DNA of 36,124 nt from a virus (taxonomy: Duplodnaviria > Caudoviricetes). Below are positions 7,891 through 14,228 of this stretch, piece by piece. The notes under the pieces were generated by a model. The model was not told the DNA's origin, searched no databases, and saw only the letters and a program-made list of their open reading frames with translations. Position 1 is the stretch's first letter. Each line of letters opens with the position of its first letter. A program made the translations under genes and the position numbers. The stretch spans positions 1 through 36,124 of the IMG/VR virus record IMGVR_UViG_3300032290_000494; one strand, 5' to 3'.

Positions 7891-8424
7891 TTAATCGTCG
7901 TCAAACACACCCGGCAAGTCGTCCGCATCGAGGTTATGTGAGCCGACTTGCTTTGGGGGTGTGATGTCTATGGTGATGTCTTGCTCGATCTGGTCATGGG
8001 CTTCATGTGGATTTGATGACGCCAAGTTTAGCTGGCGCAGTGCGTCAAGGTGGAGTTGGTTCACGTTGACTTGGACCGCTGCGGTCGGCTTGGCTTGGAA
8101 CTTATCCGGAGCAGCAACACCCGCCAGCCATTTGCGCGTTTCAATCTTGAGCCTGTCAGCGTTGGCCGATGTGCTGTCCGAGGCGTCGGCAATGTCGAGG
8201 CACTCGTCCGCCCATTGATCGGCCGCGATTGTCCGGGCCTGCCGGAACCGCTCCTCTCTATCTGGGTCTTTGCGTATCCAATGATAGAGCGAGAGGTTGC
8301 TGATGTTCAGTTCACGGGCAAGGCCAGCCATTGTCAGGCCGGATGCAATCTTCTCCAACAAAACAGTCTCGCCAACCTTATCCAAGTTCGATGCAATCGT
8401 GCGTCGTTTAATATGTCCGGCCAT
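7891..8424 (-). CDS. terS: Terminase small subunit (Sf6 gp1-like)
   Basis: N-terminal HTH (KIASGLTMAGLARELNIS..LYHW), FRQAR...ADECLDIAD and RLKIETRKWLA oligomerisation motif. Confidence 0.8.
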   Translation of the reverse strand: MAGHIKRRTIASNLDKVGETVLLEKIASGLTMAGLARELNISNLSLYHWIRKDPDREERFRQARTIAADQWADECLDIADASDSTSANADRLKIETRKWLAGVAAPDKFQAKPTAAVQVNVNQLHLDALRQLNLASSNPHEAHDQIEQDITIDITPPKQVGSHNLDADDLPGVFDDD

Positions 8425-8644
8425 CGTCTAAATCCTTTTCATGCTGTGTAACAAGCCGTGTTAAATATACCGCCAAGACTAGCGCCGTGGCAAATGCGGT
8501 GCAGGCGAAGGCGATTTGCCAGCCACCGCCCAACAGATAGAAGGGCAGCGCCACAATCCCCGCCACAAACGCTCCGGGGGCAAGCATAAGTGCGAATACA
8601 TAGGGCATTCCCACCAGCCACCAGATAATAGAACGCCATGTCAT
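8408..8644 (-). CDS. Small membrane protein (2-3 hydrophobic segments)
   Basis: Hydrophobic ORF MTWRSIIWWLVG... overlapping the terS start; start codon uncertain. Confidence 0.6.
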   Translation of the reverse strand: MTWRSIIWWLVGMPYVFALMLAPGAFVAGIVALPFYLLGGGWQIAFACTAFATALVLAVYLTRLVTQHEKDLDDGRTY

Positions 8645-8725
8645 AGCCTGTATGCCTCTATAAGCCCGTATAAAGCCCATAGAGAGGCATATAGGGTGAT
8701 TGCTAGGTAACTATCCCGTTTGTAG

Positions 8726-8905
8726 CTAGGCACGCTCCAGACCCCTTAGAAACGTCTCTAAGAGGATAGAGACTGGAGCGGGCACAGACCGACCGCCTTG
8801 CTCATAGTATCGTATCGACCTTTCGGACAGCCCAATCTTGCGGGCGAGGTGGCCCTGCGTTAGGTTCAGCTTCTCGCGTGTTGCTTTAAATTCTTCACTT
8901 GTCAT
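8726..8905 (-). CDS. XRE/Cro-family HTH regulator (59 aa)
   Basis: Manual translation MTSEEFKATREKLNLTQGHLARKIGLSERSIRYYEQGGRSVPAPV...; SD taagga. Confidence 0.88.
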   Translation of the reverse strand: MTSEEFKATREKLNLTQGHLARKIGLSERSIRYYEQGGRSVPAPVSILLETFLRGLERA

Positions 8906-8963
8906 TTGCTTTGTTCCTTAATAGTATACGCACCTAATCCACGCCATCGCTGCGGCGGTGGTC

Positions 8964-8992
8964 CCCGCCACTTTCGGGTGGCGGGATTTTTA
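8964..8992. terminator. GC-rich hairpin, terminator-like
   Basis: cccgccac-tttcgg-gtggcggg followed by attttt on the + strand. Confidence 0.55.
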
Positions 8993-9196
8993 TTCCTCAT
9001 CTCTCAATGCTTTTTCAGCGTCCTCGATCAATTCGATGGGCGGGTAGCGCAAGTAAGACACATGGTCCTTGCCTATCACGCCAAGAAACTCCAGATATTC
9101 CATCAGGCGATAGGCTAAGGTTTCGCCCGCCCGTTCGATGTATCGTTCGGGCAGTGCCAGTTCGTCATCGTCATCATCGTCATCATAGAAAGTCAT
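8990..9196 (-). CDS. Acidic hypothetical protein (poly-Asp N-terminus)
   Basis: SD aagga; ATGA-coupled to the upstream ORF. Confidence 0.7.
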   Translation of the reverse strand: MTFYDDDDDDDELALPERYIERAGETLAYRLMEYLEFLGVIGKDHVSYLRYPPIELIEDAEKALRDEE

Positions 9197-9333
9197 TTGC
9201 TTTGTTCCTTTTCACGTTCTGCGCGGCGTTCCGCGAGTGTCTTGCCATCTGGCCCGCGCAGCGGCCAAGCATCGTCTGACGATACGCGGTGGCTCCGGCC
9301 CATTGGTGCGGCTTGCGGTGGTATCTTAATCAT
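9193..9333 (-). CDS. Hypothetical protein (46 aa, MIKIPPQAAP...EKEQSK)
   Basis: Manual translation; fills the gap between neighbours and has an ATGA overlap downstream. Confidence 0.6.
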   Translation of the reverse strand: MIKIPPQAAPMGRSHRVSSDDAWPLRGPDGKTLAERRAEREKEQSK

Positions 9334-9336
9334 TGA

Positions 9337-9573
9337 TCAGGCCCCTTTCAAAAGTGATTTTAATTCGGCTTTGATTGCGCGGGCGGTTTCGCCTTTCCAA
9401 GATGTAGCGTTAGATAGGAAATAGCGGACAACGCTTTCGGCGTCGTCATAATAGTATTTGTCACGGATCGTTTGCAGGCTATGCATTGCGTCAAGATAAG
9501 GCACCGCGCCAAAATATGGCTTGGTCCAGTCGCGGCTAATATCGCGGGCAATAGCGTTTAGTGTACGGTCCAT
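9337..9573 (-). CDS. Phage hypothetical protein (78 aa)
   Basis: SD aagggag; IARDISRDW..PYFGAVPYLDAM...YFLSNATSWKGETAR is a recurrent phage early-gene family. Confidence 0.75.
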   Translation of the reverse strand: MDRTLNAIARDISRDWTKPYFGAVPYLDAMHSLQTIRDKYYYDDAESVVRYFLSNATSWKGETARAIKAELKSLLKGA

Positions 9574-9655
9574 TTTATTCTCCCTTACTGTTGTTGGCAT
9601 TAGCGCCATAAACGCCGCGCCCTATTGATCGGCGCGGCTAATATGGCGGTAACGA

Positions 9656-9841
9656 TCAAGCTTCTATTTCGACGCCGTATACTTTCCAGCGCGGACCGTT
9701 TAGGGCGTGCACAATATTGCGCTTAATCCAATGGTAGCGCCACATAGCCTTGCTATATGTTAACCCTTCCCATGATAGCGTTTCGCCATTATCCAGATCG
9801 ATATATGCGCGGAATAGATCGCTTGTTATTTGTTTAGTCAT
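9656..9841 (-). CDS. Hypothetical protein (61 aa)
   Basis: ORF with SD aagggga in the leftward operon. Confidence 0.65.
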   Translation of the reverse strand: MTKQITSDLFRAYIDLDNGETLSWEGLTYSKAMWRYHWIKRNIVHALNGPRWKVYGVEIEA

Positions 9842-9853
9842 TATGCTTTCCCC

Positions 9854-10717
9854 TTATCCTACAACAAAGCCGGATTGATCGCGGCGTGCCTTGCCTTTAG
9901 CGTACAGCGCAACAACGACGCCCTTAGGATCTAAATGCCTTATGTCGGTGTCGTCTCCGTCCACAACTGGCAGGCCTAAAAACGTATCGCCATTGGCAAG
10001 CATAGCGTTAACGATCGCGCGATCGCGAAAAACAACGGCGATCCGCTCGCCATTAGCGACGGCTTTAGCGACATAGGGCGCATAATCTGCGACGCCGCTA
10101 TAGCTAAACGTAAGATCATAATTAGCCGGTATATGCTTGCGATTAGCTATTTTCGTATAATCGTAAAATTGGATATCGGGCAAAGCTTGCATAATGTTAG
10201 CGTAGGAATAGCCGATAGCGACATTTTCCCAACGAACGTCGCTAGTACCGTTTAGACGCACAATAAGCTTATATCCTTGACGTTCGGCTTTAGCGCGCTC
10301 GCGGATCAATTCATTGTGCAATTGATGCATAAACAGATCGCGATATTGATTGAAGTATAGCGTTTTGCGTAGGCGCGAAAGCATAACATTAGACATAGCG
10401 CCGCGACCGGCGGTAAATAGGCAAGCTTTCTCACAACCGGCTGTTTTCGCCATAGCGCACAATTGCACGCCGCTTTGCATTGCTGGCATTAGATAAAGGA
10501 TAGCCGTTTTGATGCCGTATTTTTCACCCTTCACAGTCTTAGCGTTTGTATCGATCCCTAAGAGCTTTTCCGGGAAGCGGCTAAACAACGATCGATTATG
10601 ATCGTTGCCTAAGATCTGCAATTGGATATCCAGCGACAAGCCGGAAATGTCATAGGCAAGCGCCGCGTCACCGAACGGTTGGTTATAGGCGAACGGGTGA
10701 TTAACTAAGTGCAACAT
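9854..10717 (-). CDS. GP88-like protein (Cys motif, radical-SAM-like fold inferred)
   Basis: LCAMAKTAGCEKACL, RLNGTSD, QFYDYTK, LTFSYSG and DGDDTDIRHLD motifs; SD aagggag. Confidence 0.75.
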   Translation of the reverse strand: MLHLVNHPFAYNQPFGDAALAYDISGLSLDIQLQILGNDHNRSLFSRFPEKLLGIDTNAKTVKGEKYGIKTAILYLMPAMQSGVQLCAMAKTAGCEKACLFTAGRGAMSNVMLSRLRKTLYFNQYRDLFMHQLHNELIRERAKAERQGYKLIVRLNGTSDVRWENVAIGYSYANIMQALPDIQFYDYTKIANRKHIPANYDLTFSYSGVADYAPYVAKAVANGERIAVVFRDRAIVNAMLANGDTFLGLPVVDGDDTDIRHLDPKGVVVALYAKGKARRDQSGFVVG

Positions 10718-10718
10718 T

Positions 10719-10832
10719 TTACTCTCCCTTATTATCGTTGCGGCTAGCAAATGCTAAACCGGCTAGCATGCTAGCGATCCATATGAACGCAAAAGCATTG
10801 AACGGAATATACTGTGATAGATCAAAAGACAT
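10719..10832 (-). CDS. Small membrane peptide (37 aa), first gene of the leftward operon
   Basis: SD aagggag; single hydrophobic segment FNAFAFIWIASMLAGLAFA. Confidence 0.65.
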   Translation of the reverse strand: MSFDLSQYIPFNAFAFIWIASMLAGLAFASRNDNKGE

Positions 10833-10864
10833 TTGATATTCTCCCTTTTGGTATTGACGGTTCA

Positions 10865-10894
10865 TGAATAGGAACAACGTGCCGGTCCAGTCAA
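10865..10894 (-). promoter_or_regulatory. Putative sigma70-type promoter for the leftward operon
   Basis: Minus strand TTGACT-N18-TATTCA; a second TTGACA lies at 10924-10929. Confidence 0.5.
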
Positions 10895-11332
10895 TAACAA
10901 AATGCAACTCAATTGAAAACAATTGTCAACAATTTAATCACACTACAGTGTGAATTGCCTCGCCCTATAATATAATAGAGCAGGAACGGTGTGCCGCTTT
11001 ATGGTGGTGGATAGAGAGCGCCGCGCTTCGTTTCTTGTGTGCCTCCGAAGCCATTTGGTCAAGAACTAATACACTGTTACAGTCTGTAACCCGCAGAAAT
11101 GCGTGCCTTTTCACCTATAGGGGGGAGGGGGTGCTTTCAAAATACCCCCCCCCGCCCCCGCCTTGCGCGGGGGGTACGTACGTATAACTAAACAGACATC
11201 GAGGTGTGGCCCCCACCCCCCTACACCCTTGTGTTTTCGATCCCCCATCCAAAAAAATTCCAAACTTTTTGCTTGCCAAACTGTAACAATAAATTGTAAC
11301 AGCGATGCACAACAAAGAACGGGAGAAATACG

Positions 11333-12013
11333 TTGGCAGTTTTTGGATACACTCGCGTCTCAACTGAAGACCAGATTGAGAACACATCGCTCGACGATCA
11401 AGCACGCCAAATTCAAGGCATCGCGCTCACACATAATTTGGAACTGGAGCATATCTACGAAGAGCGCGGCGTTTCCGGCGGTGTCCCACTGCTACGCCGA
11501 GAAGAAGGCTGCAAGCTGGCGTTCCTCCGGCCGGGCGATACTGTTATCGTATCGAAGCTAGACCGTATGTTCCGCGATGCGCGGGACGCACTAAACGTCA
11601 TCGCCGACTGGGAGACGGCCAACATCAACCTAATCATCAACGGCTATGGCAATGTTATGGACAAGGCCAACCCGAACGGCCGCTTCATGCTAGAGATCAT
11701 GGCCGTCTTCTCCGGGGAGGAGCGCCGCCGTATCAGAGAACGTGTCACCGCCGGTAAGAGAGCGAAAAAGTCACAAGGTGGTTACGTCGGTGGCAAAGTG
11801 CCGTTCGGCTTTAAGAAGTCGGGAACAGGCCGCAAGGCCAAGCTGCACCCAGAACCAAACGCGCAGGACGCATTGATCACCATGAAAGCCGCACGCGTTA
11901 AAGGTCATAGCTACCGCGATATTGCTATTATCGTAGCAAAGCGTCATGGTATCACGGTCAGTCACCAAACAATCGCACGTGTAATCAGGGGAGATAAGAA
12001 TGACGAAATCTGA
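11333..12013 (+). CDS. Serine recombinase (resolvase/invertase family)
   Basis: GYTRVSTEDQ catalytic Ser, VSGG, GDTVIVSKLDRMFR and a C-terminal HTH; TTG start with SD gggag. Confidence 0.93.
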   Translation: MAVFGYTRVSTEDQIENTSLDDQARQIQGIALTHNLELEHIYEERGVSGGVPLLRREEGCKLAFLRPGDTVIVSKLDRMFRDARDALNVIADWETANINLIINGYGNVMDKANPNGRFMLEIMAVFSGEERRRIRERVTAGKRAKKSQGGYVGGKVPFGFKKSGTGRKAKLHPEPNAQDALITMKAARVKGHSYRDIAIIVAKRHGITVSHQTIARVIRGDKNDEI

Positions 12014-13409
12014 ACCAAACTTCTTTTTGGAGTTTTTGAAGAAGTACCGCGATGATCCCGTCGGGTTCGTGCGTGATATCCTAAGAACCAAACCAGACCC
12101 GTGGCAGATTGAGTTTCTCAAGGCGATTAGTTCTGGTGAGCGCCGTATCTCCGTTCGCTCAGGCCACGGTGTCGGTAAGTCTACAGCCGCAAGCTGGGCC
12201 ATGCTGCATTACTTCCTGACGCGATACCCGGTGAAGGTGGTTGTGACAGCGCCAACATCCGCACAGTTGTTCGATGCGATGTTCGCGGAACTGAAGCGAT
12301 GGGTGAATGAACTACCCGAAGTGCTGAAGGTTCTGATCGAAGTCAAGGCCGACCGTATTGAGTTGAAGGCCGCGTCCAGCGAAGCGTTTATCTCCGCCAG
12401 AACGAGCCGAGCAGAAACGCCGGAAGCATTGCAGGGTATTCACGCCGACAACGTTTTGCTCGTCGCCGACGAAGCGTCCGGTATTCCAGAGAGTGTGTAC
12501 GAAGCTGCGTCCGGTTCTATGTCCGGCCACAACGCGACGACGCTTCTTCTTGGAAACCCAACGCGAAACACCGGATTGTTTTACGATACGCACAACCGGC
12601 TTAAGGGCGAATGGAAAACATTCCACGTTAGTTGCCTCGACAGCCCACGCGTGTCCGATGCGTTTGTTCGAGAGATGCAGTTACGGTACGGCGAAGATAG
12701 CCCGGCCTATCACGTCCGTGTCCTTGGTAATTTCCCGCCGCGTGAAGAAGATACGGTTATTCCTGTCGAGTTGATTGATGGAGCCATGAACCGCGAGATC
12801 AAGATTGCCAAGAACACCAAAAGCGTATGGGGCTTAGACGTTGCGCGTATGGGGTCGGATGCTTCGGCGTTAGCCAAGCGGCGCGGCCCGGTTGTCGAAG
12901 AGATACAGACTTGGAAAGGTCTGGACTTGATGCAGTTAACCGGCGCAGTCGTAGCTGAGTTCGAAGCGTTAACGCCATCGGAACAGCCAGTCGAGATATT
13001 GGTTGATAGTATCGGGCTGGGGGCAGGTGTCCTTGACCGTCTGCGCGAACTGGGCTTGCCAGCGCGAGGGATCAACGTGGCTGAAAGTCCCGCGATGAAA
13101 GGGACTTACGCCAACCTACGCGCCGAGTTGTGGTTTAAGTGTAAGGGGTGGCTGGCGAACCGTGACGTGAAGATACCGAAGGACGAACAGTTATTCGCCG
13201 AGTTGGCGTCGCCGCGCTACACCTTTACCTCGTCGGGTAAGATGCAGGTGGAGAGTAAGGAGAGCATGAAGAAGCGCGGACTTCCATCGCCAGATAAAGC
13301 AGACGCCCTGTGCCTGTGTCTTGCCACCGATATATCAACAATCATGCACGGATATTCGATGGCGAATAAGTCGGGAGCCTTACGACGCAATATTAAAGGC
13401 GTAGTTTGA
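12000..13409 (+). CDS. terL: Terminase large subunit
   Basis: Walker A RSGHGVGKS, Walker B LVADEAS, LGNP, and nuclease motifs GLDVAR and SPDKADA. Confidence 0.95.
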   Translation: MTKSEPNFFLEFLKKYRDDPVGFVRDILRTKPDPWQIEFLKAISSGERRISVRSGHGVGKSTAASWAMLHYFLTRYPVKVVVTAPTSAQLFDAMFAELKRWVNELPEVLKVLIEVKADRIELKAASSEAFISARTSRAETPEALQGIHADNVLLVADEASGIPESVYEAASGSMSGHNATTLLLGNPTRNTGLFYDTHNRLKGEWKTFHVSCLDSPRVSDAFVREMQLRYGEDSPAYHVRVLGNFPPREEDTVIPVELIDGAMNREIKIAKNTKSVWGLDVARMGSDASALAKRRGPVVEEIQTWKGLDLMQLTGAVVAEFEALTPSEQPVEILVDSIGLGAGVLDRLRELGLPARGINVAESPAMKGTYANLRAELWFKCKGWLANRDVKIPKDEQLFAELASPRYTFTSSGKMQVESKESMKKRGLPSPDKADALCLCLATDISTIMHGYSMANKSGALRRNIKGVV

Positions 13410-13433
13410 CATAAATAAATGATGTGATATATT
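13406..13433 (+). promoter_or_regulatory. Putative sigma70 promoter
   Basis: TTGACA (13406-13411)-N16-TATATT (13428-13433) in an AT-rich context. Confidence 0.6.
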
Positions 13434-13439
13434 TGTCTT

Positions 13440-13568
13440 GCCCGGCAGGTTTTCCTCTCCCTCTCCTGTCGGGCATAACGGGTGACTAGGGGTGTGCGCG
13501 GCAATGCCGGTAATAGCGACGAAACGACTTTACTCCATTCGTTTAGAACGCCGCCACCCCTCTTTTTT
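13440..13568 (+). ncRNA. Candidate structured small RNA (about 130 nt)
   Basis: Upstream promoter, 10-bp 5' hairpin with a CU-rich loop, a second nested stem domain and a terminal U tract. Confidence 0.5.
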
Positions 13569-13615
13569 GCTTTTCTATAAATTATAAGCTATAGGTACTC
13601 AAAGGGAGCGTACTT

Positions 13616-14059
13616 GTGGAAACAAAGACTTGTCCGAAATGCGGTGAAGAAAGACCGATAGATAAATTCTATTCTTACCGCCGCGCCTGCAAGCCGTGCT
13701 TGATCGAAGACCAACGTCGCCTCGTATCCTCCCGTCCAGATTACTACCATGCTTGCAATCTCAAACGGCGGTACGGAATTAGTGTCGATGAGTATCAGAC
13801 TATCATCGCCAATCAGAATTCTATTTGTCCTATTTGTGAGGTAGAAATACCTGACACATTAGCGTATAAGGGAAAACGACCGGTTGTCGTTGACCATAAC
13901 CATGAGACAGGTGAGGTTCGCGGTATACTATGTTCGGGATGTAATTTGGTACTAGGCCACGCAAAAGAGAATACGACTATCCTTTACAAGGCCATCGTGT
14001 ATCTGAGTGAACGTGGCGCGTACACGCCGAAAGGTAAACGATATGAAGAAACCTACTAA
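13616..14059 (+). CDS. Endonuclease VII-like (HNH) free-standing homing endonuclease
   Basis: CPKC..CKPC, YGISVDEY, CPIC and VDHNHETGEVRGILCSGCNLVLG. Confidence 0.9.
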   Translation: METKTCPKCGEERPIDKFYSYRRACKPCLIEDQRRLVSSRPDYYHACNLKRRYGISVDEYQTIIANQNSICPICEVEIPDTLAYKGKRPVVVDHNHETGEVRGILCSGCNLVLGHAKENTTILYKAIVYLSERGAYTPKGKRYEETY

Positions 14060-14219
14060 AGCCGACAAGAAAATGGCTAAGGTTATGGGCGAATTTAAGC
14101 GAGGCACTTTGCACGCTGGTGTAAATCCCAAAGGCCCAGCAAAGGCTCCCTTGGCTAAATCGCGCAAACAGGCTATAGCTATCGCCCTGTCCGAAGCTGG
14201 CAAATCAAAAAAGAAGTAA
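14043..14219 (+). CDS. Small basic protein (DUF6496-like)
   Basis: KVMGEFKRGTLH...SRKQAIAIALSEAG signature. Confidence 0.8.
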   Translation: MKKPTKADKKMAKVMGEFKRGTLHAGVNPKGPAKAPLAKSRKQAIAIALSEAGKSKKK

Positions 14220-14228
14220 GGCTAAAAT

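Noticed and set aside
7674-7964. Plus-strand ORFs across the iteron array
   Set aside because: They lie downstream of a terminator, translate repeat DNA and have no protein-like features.
11115-11405. ORFs over the G/C-tract region
   Set aside because: Homopolymer-derived low-complexity translations with no SD, overlapping the recombinase start.
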